A stretch of 64,000 nt of DNA from Rhizodiscina lignyota (taxonomy: Eukaryota). Under the pieces are notes generated by a model. That model saw only the letters and a list, made by a program, of their open reading frames with translations. It was not told where the DNA came from and ran no database searches. Positions 49,867 to 62,162 of the stretch are shown here, piece by piece. Positions within the stretch are counted from its first letter, which is position 1; each line of letters begins with the position of its first letter. A program made the translations under genes and the position numbers. Where the stretch lies: positions 310,001-374,000 of the forward strand of contig ML978136.1 in the NCBI GenBank assembly GCA_010015805.1, read 5' to 3'.

Positions 49867-51315
49867 CTACGTCCTATAATCCGCATTGATGGTAACATAC
49901 TCATGACTAAAGTCACATGTCCAAAACACGCTCTCAAAACCCCCCTCCCTATCATTCAACTTGATCAGAATCTCCAAGTCCTCCATTTCTAATATTTCGC
50001 CCGCTCTCTTCTCATCCACATTCTGCGGCTCTCCCTTTACGAGCAACTTCAGCTCGGCACTCCCATCGCTCGGCACAAACGACACGCTGATTTCCTCCGG
50101 TTCGATTGAATCGTCTGCACCCTCGGTGTAGCCGGTTGCACACAAGATTCGTCCCCAGTTTGCATCCTTGCCGTACAATGCGGTCTTGACGAGCGGTGAG
50201 CGCGCTATGGTCGACGCAATGCGCTTGGCAGAAGGCTCATTGGCCGCACCCTGGATCCGGAGAGTGACAAATTTAGTCGCGCCTTCGCCATCGCGCACGA
50301 CCAGTTTCGCCAGGTCGGTCGCAAAGTCCGTTAGCGTCTCCTGCATTTTGTCGAAGCCAGGAGAATCAGTGGTCTTGATTTCCGTCCCGCCTGCTGCACC
50401 GTTCGCAAGCAGCGCCACAGTGTCGTTGGTCGAGGTGTCGCCGTCAATACTGATGCTGTTGAAAGACTTGTCGATCGCGTTGGAGAGCATGGATTGCAGG
50501 GCTGGGTTTCCGATGGGCGCGTCGGTGCAGATGATGCCGAGGAGGGTGGCCATATTGGGATGGATCATGCCGGCACCTTTGGTCATGCCGGCGATAGTGT
50601 AAGTTGTTGACGGGGATGAGGGGAGGGTGAATTGTCGGGACAGGAGCTTGGGAAAGGTGTCGGTTGTGCATATTGCGCGGGCGGTGCGGAGCCAGTGAGC
50701 ATGTGAGGAACCAAGGTCGGAATAGGCAGAGGGAATTTTGTGGATGATCTTTTTGATTGGGAGTCTGGGAGAAATATCAGCTTATTGAAATCACAAGCCA
50801 GGGACGCTGTCAACAACGTACCGCTGACCAATGACTCCGGTACTCATAACAATTGACCGAATCCCTAGCCCATCATCTTCAGAATCGAAACATCTGTCGG
50901 TCTCTTTGGCCATCTGCTCTGCATCTGCCAGACCGCCTTTCCCGGTCACTGCATTCGCACACCCTGAATTGACAACCACTGCTCTGACGCCACTTCCACT
51001 TCTTTTTTGTAGTATATCCCTGCTTACTGTGACAGGTGCCGCTTGAAACTTGTTCTTCGTGAACACAGCAGCAGCATTGCAGGGCGTTTCCGAAGCGATC
51101 AAAGCAAGATCATCGAAGCGGGTATTCGATGCCTTGACTCCAACGTGTGCAGATGCAGCAAGAAAGCCTTTGGGATAGTTTCCGGATGTTGGTACGTATT
51201 TTTGCTTTGCTGGCGGAATTGACGACTCTCCTGGCGCGCTGTAATGGCGGGCTTGCGAGGCCATATTTGTGAAGCTAGCGAATATTCGCTTTGCGGAAGG
51301 ACGTTTTAATGCCAT
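49867..51315 (-). CDS. ARG7: Mitochondrial ornithine acetyltransferase / bifunctional ArgJ, 2 exons
   Basis: [33 protein letters not shown] (autocleavage site), [25 protein letters not shown]. Confidence 0.97.
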
Positions 51316-51499
51316 CGCAGCTTGGACAGGGAGGAAAGAAGGAAATGATCGTGTGATGTGAGAGTAGAGCCAATTGAGCCCTAGAGAGGGCAGGAATTGC
51401 TCAATTAACTATAAGACTTGGAAACAGAGACAGAAATGAAACTTTGCAAGGCTCTAGGAAATTTTCCTTTATGAATCATAGCAGCATGGAATTTTCGAA

Positions 51500-51505
51500 G
51501 AGTCA
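51500..51505 (-). promoter_or_regulatory. TGACTC Gcn4/CpcA cross-pathway control core site upstream of ARG7
   Basis: GAGTCA on the + strand, about 185 bp upstream of the ARG7 ATG; arginine biosynthesis genes are classic CpcA targets. Confidence 0.5.
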
Positions 51506-51841
51506 CAGGTCTTATCGCATTTCATCCGACTCCGCTGCAGACTTGCGGGAGTCTGTGCGTTTGAATTGAAGGGCGGAGCGGAAGATGTCATTCACGACTT
51601 CCACTCACGCAGATTTTATGCGTTACCATTATAGGCGTAAGGAGTCTGAAGGTTGTTTCTTCTATTAAATTGCTGGCCTTGAGAATTTTGATTCGTTTGT
51701 GTCGATGAGAAACTTTACCGACATTGATCCATCACATTCCACTGCCAAGCATCTCGAAATATAAAATGACGTTCGTGCCCACCGAAACCTGAAGTTCAAC
51801 ATCCACCCCAAATAATCGTTCCCCCGCAAATACCGCCCATC

Positions 51842-53878
51842 ATGGTTCTCGCAAAGTCCAAAAACGCCGTCGGGCTCGGCAACAGCCTGATGAACGACCG
51901 CTTTGGCAAAGGCAAAAACTCCAACATGCACCGAGGCACCGCACAATCGCAAGGCATTCAGCGTACCGGCGTGAACGGGGAGACGTACGTCACGAACGCA
52001 AAGAAAGAGGCAGCGTGGGTCAAGATGCGCAGTGTCACGGAGCAAGCGGCGCTGGACGAATTCCTGTCGACGGCCGAGTTGGCAGGGACAGACTTCACTG
52101 CGGAGAAGATGAACAATGTGAAAATCATACACAAGGATCAGAAGAATCCATACTTGCTCAGTGCGGCGGAGGAGCGGGCGAAGGTGCGGAAACACAATGC
52201 GAATAAGAAGAGGTTGACGGTGCCGAGGAGACCACCGTGGGATGAGAAGACGACGCCCCAGGAGCTGGACGAGCGGGAGAGGCAGAGCTTGTTGGAGTGG
52301 AGGAGAGGGCTTGCAGAGTTGCAGGACAATGATGATCTGCTGATGACTCCTTTTGAGCGGAATCTAGAGGTCTGGCGGCAACTCTGGCGGGTCATCGAGC
52401 GCTCGGATTTGGTTGTGCAAATCGTCGATGCGAGGAACCCACTGCTATTTCGAAGTGAGGACTTGGAGAATTACGTGAAAGAGGTGGACAGTCGAAAGAC
52501 CAATTTGCTACTGGTAAACAAGGCGGATATGATGACGTTGGAGCAGAGGCAAGCTTGGGCGGACTATTTCGTCGAGAAGAACATCAATTTCAGGTTCTTC
52601 TCTGCAGAGCTTGCAAGGGAGATGAATGAAGCAAGAGGTCTCGAGGATGAAGAGGAGGTGGGATCGGATGGGGAAGGCTACATTGAGGCTGACGATGTCG
52701 TGGAAGAGGTTGATATCGATGAAGATCCTCTGGCGCGGGAGACGGAAAAGCTGGAAGTTCAAGAAGCAGAGGAAGATGCTGAAGAATGGACCAGTGAAGA
52801 AGAAGTGGATCCAGAACCTCAACCTCTATCATCTTCTCTATCGCCAACCGAACGCACAAGAATATTGACTACAGAGGAGCTGGAAGAACTTTTTCTAGAG
52901 CATGCTCCGGAAATTGAGGGTGAAGATGATAGCGAAGCTCGAAAGACCGTTATCGGCCTCGTTGGATATCCCAATGTAGGCAAGTCTTCAACCATCAACG
53001 CACTGATCGGAGCGAAAAAGGTCTCAGTATCAGCTACACCGGGCAAAACGAAGCACTTTCAAACTATCCATCTCAGCGACGAGGTGATTTTATGCGATTG
53101 TCCGGGTCTCGTATTTCCAAACTTTGCAACGACAAAAGCAGAGCTGGTCTGCAGTGGCGTTCTACCGATTGATCAACTGCGAGAGTTCACCGGACCGGCT
53201 GGCCTGGTAGCTCAACGCATTCCGAAAGCATTTCTAGAAGCAGTCTACGGTATGACAATCCGTATCAGACCTCTCGAAGAAGGTGGCACAGGCACTCCAA
53301 CTGCAGAAGAACTTCTCAGGGCATATGCGCGCGCAAGAGGTTTCTCAACACAAGGCCTAGGACAACCTGATGAGAGTCGAGCTGCGCGTTACGTTTTAAA
53401 AGACTATGTGAAGGGAAAGCTTCTCTTCTGCCACCCACCTCCGACAGATCCACCAATCGATGCAAAATACTTCAATCGGGACTTGTATAATGAATCACAC
53501 CTCCCTCTCAAGCGACGAGTGCATTCTGCACTGGATGCCGATTCGACCATTAATGGTTCTGCCGACTCCCCTTCACTCATGGATCCAGACACTGATGTGG
53601 CACCCCTACCTCCCGCCCAAGGATCGAAATCCGCTCAGTTGGACAAGAAATTCTTCGGACCGCAAGCTAGTGCAGGACATCTCAAAATGCCGTTCCAGTA
53701 TCAACGGCAGAATACGGAACAAGGGAGGAGGCAGCTGAGTGGAAGGAAAGAAAGGACAATGATCGCGCTTGAACGCAACATAGATCCTAATGATGTGAAG
53801 ATGGCCATGGGAGGGAAGAAACATTTCAAGGGAAACAAGCGAAAGAAGGATAAGGTTAAAAGCAATGACGATGACTAG
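51842..53878 (+). CDS. LSG1: Large subunit GTPase 1 (circularly permuted), intronless
   Basis: TPFERNLEVWRQLWRVIERSD, NKAD, GYPNVGKSS, TPGKTKHFQT, DCPG. Confidence 0.97.
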   Translation: MVLAKSKNAVGLGNSLMNDRFGKGKNSNMHRGTAQSQGIQRTGVNGETYVTNAKKEAAWVKMRSVTEQAALDEFLSTAELAGTDFTAEKMNNVKIIHKDQKNPYLLSAAEERAKVRKHNANKKRLTVPRRPPWDEKTTPQELDERERQSLLEWRRGLAELQDNDDLLMTPFERNLEVWRQLWRVIERSDLVVQIVDARNPLLFRSEDLENYVKEVDSRKTNLLLVNKADMMTLEQRQAWADYFVEKNINFRFFSAELAREMNEARGLEDEEEVGSDGEGYIEADDVVEEVDIDEDPLARETEKLEVQEAEEDAEEWTSEEEVDPEPQPLSSSLSPTERTRILTTEELEELFLEHAPEIEGEDDSEARKTVIGLVGYPNVGKSSTINALIGAKKVSVSATPGKTKHFQTIHLSDEVILCDCPGLVFPNFATTKAELVCSGVLPIDQLREFTGPAGLVAQRIPKAFLEAVYGMTIRIRPLEEGGTGTPTAEELLRAYARARGFSTQGLGQPDESRAARYVLKDYVKGKLLFCHPPPTDPPIDAKYFNRDLYNESHLPLKRRVHSALDADSTINGSADSPSLMDPDTDVAPLPPAQGSKSAQLDKKFFGPQASAGHLKMPFQYQRQNTEQGRRQLSGRKERTMIALERNIDPNDVKMAMGGKKHFKGNKRKKDKVKSNDDD

Positions 53879-54897
53879 CCTAGCATTGGCACTCTGGTTG
53901 TCGATTGATGAATTGCATTGGAAGGCGTTTTGATTTGTACAGACCACAAGATATAGCCAATGCCAGACTAGTACGTAATAGCTGTATTCAAATTTGCGAA
54001 CTCTAGCTGAAGGAAGTTTCGTAGTCCTACTGAACACGATCGCTTGGAGAAAGGCACGCCACTTTTTCAACTTAGTGCATGGCAGGATTCCGCATGCACC
54101 TGTTCCTACCTCTTCCACGAATCTCATAGACATCAGTTGCAGAACTGATGCTGTGACGGATTTGCTTGGGTCCAAGTTCCCAGGTATAGCGGTATTTGGG
54201 ATAGATTTAGACCTGTGCCTCTGGGACTCAGAGAAAAGCAAGAATATGTGCGGTACATTCAAGGGCAACATCATGAACGCCACATCAGCGCTTAGGTCAA
54301 GCACTGGCTTCTACGGTGCTGAGGAGCAATTTCCTGCTCGGAGAAGCTGAATTGAGAGCTCTCGTGGCAAAGTTGGTTGTGCACCAGACGAAGATAAAAG
54401 TACAATCCAGGATAACTCCGTGCATTGCACGGACGATAAAAGCTGCTCATTAGAACAGTGATAGCTTGATTTAATATTAGGAATCTTCCTTGAGCGCATA
54501 GGCTTTGAGTATCGGGGGAGACTTCTATGTAAATGGGTCGTCGTGTTATGCCGACTCGGACGAAAATGAAATGACGCTACTCCTTGAGATATATTCGGAT
54601 TTACAGTCACGAGCATGCGAAGTTTTCAGTTGCATGAATACTCGGTCTCAGGACAAATGTACTCGGCTGATCCGTTTGGATAATCCGTTGGATGTTGTGG
54701 ATCGTCCCTTGGAATCGTCCGTCGGCCGAGTCGGCCGACAGCGCTTTGGTTGGCCACTCGGGCACTACAATACTATTTAGCTCTATTGGATGCTCCACGA
54801 AAAACCCGCAGATACCTCTGTTGAGCAACACTCTGCTGATTTACGGCTTGTAGCGAGAAAAGCAAGCTTTCCTATCTGACCAAAGATCATTGTTGTC

Positions 54898-56024
54898 ATG
54901 CGCAACGAACTCAGTCAATTTGTGCCTCCGGCACCTCGTTTCACAGAGAAAGATGTTTCTGATCAAGAAGGAAGGGTAATTTTCTGTTCCATATTCCCTT
55001 GCGAAGAAATTCTGACGGCTACTGCAGGTTTTCCTAGTGACAGGTGCGTCCAGCGGCGTCGGGAAACAACTCGCAAAACTTTTGTATGGCCTGAACGCAA
55101 CGATCTACCTCGCGAGCCGGACAGAATCTCGAGCCATAACTGCCATCGACGAAATCAGAGCCGCACACCCTAGCTCTCGAGGGGCTCTCCACTTCCTGGA
55201 AATTGACCTTGAGGACTTTGCGAGCGTAGCGCGAGCGGCGAAGCAATTTCTACAACGGGAGGAGAGACTGGATATACTTTTCAACAATGCTGGTACAATG
55301 ATGCCTCCAGAAGATGCGAAGACGAAGCAAGGATACGACCTGCAACTGGGAAGCAATGCGATGGCGCCACTCCTGTTCACCCAGCTATTGACCCCGATTC
55401 TGGCCAAAACAGCAAAGCTTCGAGAGCCTGGAGGAGTTCGCGTCATTTGGGTCTCTTCATCTGCAGCAGAGCTGGCTACCCCCAAGAATGGCATCGATTT
55501 AAACAATCTCGATTTCAAGAAGCCGGTCCCCAACGCAACAAAATATGGAGTGAGCAAGGCAGCTATGCTCCTTCTGGCGCTGGAGTACGCAAAGAGAGAA
55601 AAGAATAATGGAATAGTAACTGTAGTTCGTGTATCATGCCCGCCATCGTGAGATCTCCACTAATTTTTACAGCCACTAAATCCCGGAAACCTGAAAACGG
55701 ATTTGCGTCGACATGTTAACTGGCTCCTGTCGACAATATTCGATTGGATGAGTCATGATCCCATCAAAGGCGCGTATACGGAACTTTTCGGAGGATTCTC
55801 TGCAGACATCACGCTGGAAAATTCGGGATGTTGGGGTGAGTACTTGCGGAAAATCACTGACAACCCAAGCTTATTCGATAATAGTCATTCCATGGGGGCG
55901 GTTTGGCCCTCTCCGACAGGACCTTGCTGATGCGGCGAAATCACCGTCTGAAGGAGGAACAGGAATCGGGGCTAAATTGTGGGAATGGTGTGAGGAACAA
56001 ATACGGCCATACAAGACCGCGTAG
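54898..56024 (+). CDS. Short-chain dehydrogenase/reductase (retinol dehydrogenase-like), 4 exons
   Basis: TGASSGVG, NNAG, VSSS, YGVSK, LNPGNLKTDL, IPWGR. Confidence 0.93.
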
Positions 56025-56027
56025 CTC

Positions 56028-58245
56028 TCAGATGTTCCAATCCATAATGTCCGAATCCCAGATGCCATCGAAGACTAGGGTCTCTGCATCTGTGAAATTC
56101 CAGGACGGAGGAATTTGAAAAGAGTCGGCCTGGAAAAATGGCTCGTTTGCGAATGTAAGATTTACCGAGCGGGAAGCTATCCCATCCCCTCCAAAACGCT
56201 CATGAGGCATAGGCCCACCTTGTTCTGAGAACCGTTCCACTGGCTGTTCCGCAATGGCATTTTCTGTCGTCAAAGAGGTGCTCAAGACGCTAGCTGGTTG
56301 CATTTCTGAAGCTGGCTTAGAATCCATGATCACTGCAATTGTACCGAAATAAGGTACCGTCAACCGTAATTTCCTGGGTGTCGCAGGAGAAGGATATGCG
56401 AATGTGGAGAGGGCACTAAGCACGTCCACGCCTTGTCGCGAAATTGTTTCTCTTTTGTTGCTTTCCGCGAGAGTCTTCATAGATTGAACGACTTCTTTAA
56501 TTAATACCATATCGTCACTGTTTCCTCGGGGATTTGCCGCTGCCGGGACGCTGTTCGAACTTTGAATAAAAAGGAGGAGGAGAGTGAGGGCTGATACAAA
56601 TGCCGCAAAGTCGATGACTCTGCAATGTAGTTGAGTATTCTCAACTTGTCTTGTAACAAGGTACCGACGCAAAACTTCCCTTGAGGACTCTTGACAGGCA
56701 GACTTGCAGTACTCAAGTCTCTTCTCCGTGGCCGCTCGAAAAATGTACGGGAGGTAAGTGAATGCACGTATCTGGAAGAACCACAGTTGATGCAGGATAT
56801 CGTCAAATCTGCGTGCAGATTCGATTGATCGGTCTCTGGTGAGCACTGGAATTGCCTGCCACGTTGATGGCATAGAGTTGTATAATTCATCAAGTGCCTC
56901 GTCGAGAGCTTGAGCGTGCCAGTAACCTTCATCGAGCTTGAAGAGATTCCGCTGGATGAGTTTGTCTACAATGGAACATACTTTCCGCTGAAAGTTTGCA
57001 GTGACGCTTGCCGCCGGGTCATTCCAGCCATCATCTGGGCCAAACGGCTGCGATCCAATGCCGCATTCGAGACCCAGGAGCAGGGATGTATAACAGGAGC
57101 CCATGACCGTCGCAAGCCACATACGGCGATGAGTTATCATCTCTTTTGACATTGAATCTCTCTTGCTTTTTGCGTAGCTCTTGTAGAGTCCCATCAGTCG
57201 CGAGGCATCGAGAGCCCGTCGAAAGGTCATCCAAGCTCGTTGGATATTAGCGTCGTTGATATGTATCATGCCCAACAGCAGCATACAGTCGAGACCGTCT
57301 AGCGAGCACATTATTGCTTCATCTGAGAGAACATGCGAATTGACGGCTTCGATATAAGAATGTACAAGAGACCCTGGATCCGCCATTTGAAGCCTGTTAA
57401 TGTCGAAATCGGGCGAAAGCTGCTGCATGTACAGTGCTAACCCGAGAAGAGTTCGTCCAATTACAGTAAGTTCAGACTGTGTAATGGTATTCAAGTCGAA
57501 GGGACAAAGCTGTTCATCCCGGCTTGGTAAATCCGGATAGGGTAAACATATTTCAAGAGCCCAAGCGTTTGTGTGTTCGTAGAGTAAGTTGGCATCGTGC
57601 TGCGTTGGAAGTAGAGAGACAAGAGCTCGCTTAATTGCCCCATTTCGAATGTTTTGCGAGGACTGGGTAGGAGCAACGCCTCTGACCGGAATGGAAGCGC
57701 CGGATACATCGGAAGGAGTTTGCCCTTGATTTGCCAGCTAAAATCTTCAGTGAAGGCCATGGTTTGACATATTGGAGCTCTCACAATTCCGTCTCGTAGC
57801 AAGGAGAGGACTGGCGCACCCTGAAGCTGCTCTGAAGCATCATGCAGTGACTGCGCTGGAGCATTCTCTTGCTCGGGTCCATGGCCTGACAAGGTCTCTT
57901 GAGAATGAGAGGTGTCCTGGTTCCGAACCAGTTTCAACAAAAGACTCTCAATTCGTTCCAGTCTCTCATCGGTGCCCCGATTGGTGGTACGATAGCTTGA
58001 GCTCTCATTTCTAGGCTCCACATCCGCACTGGAGGTCGAGCAGGCGATTCCTCTTTTGACACATTCTGAGCATGCAGATACGTCTTCAATGCTCAATTGG
58101 CATTTAACTTTACGCCTTCTACCTGTATAGCTGTCAGCCTGGTCTCAATCGCTCTCTGAGCCACATTACATTCATGACACGTCTTCATGTCACGTTTCAG
58201 CCTTTTCCGATATGGACCAGACTCTGAGCCGTGTTGCTCATCCAT
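56028..58245 (-). CDS. Zn(II)2Cys6 transcription factor, 3 exons
   Basis: Spliced KTCHEC|RRRKVKC...ACSECVKRGIAC, coiled coil ERLERIESLL, then a fungal TF region. Confidence 0.9.
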
Positions 58246-58911
58246 TGTTGATTAACTTGAGAAGTCCTATCCAAAGTTGTCTCCGTTTGCAGATGCGCCA
58301 TTTCATATGGCTAGAATGATAATCAAGCAGTGAAATTGATCTACAGAGCCGCGGAAAGACGACCTGGGCAGGGGGTTGACTCGTCCTACGCCGTATGGGG
58401 TTTAGGGCCTTGGCGAGCAGCCACAGAACGGCTTCCAGCCACCGCAATGGCCTCGCACATCTCCTTAGTCCCTTAGTCCTTTCCTTTGTGCAGCTCCACG
58501 AGTATGTCTTGTGGTATCGCTAACTATCTACGATATGGAATGAAGCTCTGCTAGTTATCGGGTCCCAGTCCGTGTTATTGGTCGTCTACCGCGAGCGCTC
58601 CATACCCAGGAAATCAAGGAGCCAGCCTCCCTCCACTTCATATGTACCGTGTTTCTGCTGAATTCAGCATCTTTTTTAACTGAGTTCAGCACCACTCTAC
58701 CATCAATGAACGAGGGTTTCAGTATCTTGTGTATGGCACTGGTCTCGCCTGCCCGAGCTGCTGTCCATTTTAGCAAACAATATCTGGAGGATGCTACAAA
58801 GGCACATGATAGGTACAATATCTATTTTTAGCGGCGACAGGATTCTCTTCAATCCTCTCTCGGGTTTTCGCAGCATTCGTCGTAACTCAGGTACGAAATC
58901 AGGAAAAGGGA

Positions 58912-61382
58912 ATGGACATCCAGGACCGCATGATCCCGTACGAGTATAGCTCACTCCGTAATGAAGAAATCCGCATTTTGAAGCTTCTTCCTGGAGGATT
59001 GGATGATCCTATCCGCATGACGATTGAGCACGCCCCACTTATAATCCCGAACAAAACAAAAGAACCCACTAAACGAATATCGCAGGAACAACTTCAGTCA
59101 ACACTTCCATCAGACTGGAAAGTATATATCGCTCAGGATGGACGTTACATCTTTAGATGTTGGTCTCCATACATGACTTCATGGACGCATCCGGATCTTG
59201 ACTTGGACAAATCCTGCTATGAAGGGTACGAGCACGATCCAGACCCCGGATTTGTACCTAATTTCGAAGCTTTATCCTACGTCTGGGGGCCCTTTGACGG
59301 TGAAGAGGCTGCAATCATTGAGCGGGCTTCCAGCATGAACTGCAAGGCTGTCCAGACAATGAAGATACGAAAGAATTTAGCATCTGCATTGCGCCACCTG
59401 CGTCGCGAGAGTTCCATCCGTAATCTTTGGATCGATGCACTGTGTATCAATCAGGCAGATGTACCGGAACGAAATAGACAAGTGCCCAGGATGAGACACA
59501 TATACTCTCTAGCCCGCAGAGTCATTGTTTGGCTCGGGGAGGAATCGCCCGATAGCTCACATGCCCTGAGTACAATGGAATTTCTTGGCGGACAAGGCGA
59601 ACCGTCGAACGACGGATGGCATCTCCCTTCCCCTGGATGCCGGGAGCCGTTGTGGTATCTGCCGGACTCAGAACTTCCCTACGGCGAGGAGACTTGGACC
59701 TCTATCGAGAAACTTTTGGAATGATCATGGTTTAGTCGGCTGTGGACAGTGCAGGAAATTTTACTTGCAAACCGGTTTGCTATCGTGCAATGCGGATCGG
59801 CAAATGTAGAGTGGAAATACATTCGCAACGCAATGCAGATGCTAATCACCAACCGAGGAATTGGTGGTCAGTTACGGAAATGCCTGAATGATCTCCGGAT
59901 CATGCTCGACCTTCAAACAGCTCCTGACGCAGCAAACACCTTAACGCTTGGTCGAGTACGAGACAACACAGACCCACGTGACAAAATATATGGCCTACTC
60001 AGCATATTACCCCAGCATTTCTCGCGCCTAATCAAGCCTGACTATTCCTCCACAACAGCTGAAACGTACCAAAGTGCGTTTCTCCTCTTTAGCAATTTCC
60101 ACTGCAGGCTCGATCTGCTTCCGCACTGTGGTGGAAACGCAGCCAACCCAGAAATACCGACCTGGGTCCCAGACTGGTCTGTGAAAAGGCAGTGGTCAAT
60201 TCATAATCAAGACCAATTTGCTAGTGGTATGTCTTCCTCTCAAATGAGGTATATTAGTCCAAGTGTCCTGGAAATCGTGGGCCTTCGCGCTGCGACGGTC
60301 TCAGAGGATAGCGAGGGCATCCCAGGTTCAGCCGACTATGCTTCACAGCACTCCACGCCTTTCGAGCCTCAGAGACTTGATTCGACTCAATATATTGCAG
60401 GAGGGAGTCTTTTCGATGCGTACGTCCATACTGTTCATGAGTCTGGTCTCCGAGAGCGCTACCCTCTCCTGGCGCATCTCCCAACATTGCAGGATGCGAG
60501 TTCTGAACTTGCAAAGAGGCGGTCACTCTCTGATTTAGGCATCGGGTGGCGAGCTTTTCTCAAAACTACCGAGGGCTACATCGGAACAGGACCACCTATC
60601 GTCCGACAAGGTGAGCTTTCCCACTAACATATGTAGTTAAGACTTCGCTCCAGCAATAACCAATTATTCGTGTTGTTTCGTCAAATTGCTAGAGTATACT
60701 TTTTTTTGATCCGTTTCTGTTCCAGCCACCCCGCCACGTGGGCGTTGAGACAAATGATCCCCTCTGCCGTTGCCTTTTCATTAATACTCTTAAAGGCACA
60801 TGAGGCTTTTTCGATCCTTTGTTTCATTTCTAGAGTCTACGTAAACGCTCTTGAGTTTTGCAGCGTTTTGCTTTCCGTACGGCAGTCTAGTGAATTTCCC
60901 CCAGTTATTGCACACTTTCTGTTGTGAAACCACAGCTAACATGACAAGGGGATCACGTCGTTTGCGTATTAGGCTGCTCGAGATTAATTATTCTACGGCC
61001 GACATCTGCAAAACCGTCAAATTCAACGCAATTTCACGTTATCGGCGACTGTTTTCTGCATGGTCTACAGGACGCGACCGCTCTTCTTGGATCTCTGCCT
61101 CGAAACTACACACTCCAAATGCAAAAGGATAATCACTCTCTCATTCCCAGACCAGTATTTATGAATCATGAGAACGGGTCACTTCAAGTCGATGACCCTC
61201 GTCTCGGACCAATTCCAGCAGATTGGGAACGCCTCCCCTCTCAAAGGACTAGCATCGACCTGCATTTCTTTGCTCGATTCGAAAACAAAGCGACTGGCGA
61301 GTTATTGAATTCTGACCCACGAATGCTGCCGGAAGCGCTGGAAGCTAGGGGTGTGCATCTTCAGACGTTTCAACTTGTTTAA
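58912..61382 (+). pseudogene. HET-6-like heterokaryon incompatibility protein with WW-like modules and a premature TGA
   Basis: EIRILKLLPG, FEALSYVWG, LWIDALCINQ, MRHIYSLARRVIVWLG, E*SWFSRLWTVQE (TGA at 59722-59724), DPRDKIYGLL, PTWVPDWS. An intron at about 60611-60948 joins RQG|DHVVCVLGC. Confidence 0.88.
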
Positions 61383-62162
61383 AGACCCGCTATTTCAGAC
61401 CCAAGGAACCAGACAGAAAGAAACGCCGGTTTTCACAAAGTTGGTACGAATATCCCATCTGGAGCCCACCCGTATTCAAGTGTGCGCCAGTTCAATGACG
61501 CACTTGGCATGCGTATCGATGAACAGGAATATTTGATCTTCCACGCATCGTGCTGCTGCGGATTCAAAGGGCCGAACTGCCCCAGAAGCTATCTGTATGA
61601 ATTGGTTCGCTCACTCTCAACATATGGTCGCGATCACCTATGCTGAGGAGGCTTCGGAAATAATAAGTCCGAAAACCATTAGTTTGATGAGAATATTTCG
61701 ACACTATTGTCATCGGAGCCGAGGCACTGCTGAAGGAAGTTGATACAACTCCAGACTCAATCAGAGCATTGTCCAAGAAAAATCTGGGGCGAATGTTCGT
61801 GAGCTCCGGATTCTTGACCCCATCCCCGTTTCGCTGACTCTGACTGGTCGGACTTAACGAATTATCGCGGGCTCACTTTCAGCGTTCACCTCCATGAGTA
61901 ATTTCCTATGGTATTCAAGTCGAACTATCGGGAAGATTTGCAGGGTTCTTTGAATGGCTATTGTGGGTCCAACGTAACCCAGCAGCAGAATTGGAGTGAT
62001 GCCTATTGCCTATGACTTTTTTCGACTCGGAAATTGTATGTCCGGCCAAAAGATCTCTACGTATTTCATTATCGTAGGACCGCCTTTCATGAGTTCTTTG
62101 TTCCGATTTACTGATAGGTATCATTTCAGATCTTTGAGGATATTAAATTGAACGCTGTGATC

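Noticed and set aside
58555..58954. Possible methyltransferase relic (ELRRMLRKP, SARGRRP)
   Set aside because: Resemblance is limited to a few residues, and it overlaps the HET promoter and start.
20946..59724. Alternative genetic code or selenocysteine to explain in-frame TGA
   Set aside because: TGA terminates normal genes here (ELP3, hydrolase, ATG101), the positions align with Arg rather than Cys, and the flavoprotein also has a TAG and a frameshift.
60611..60645. Stwintron (nested intron) at the HET donor
   Set aside because: The inner intron would be only 26 nt and the rebuilt donor GTTAAG is poor.
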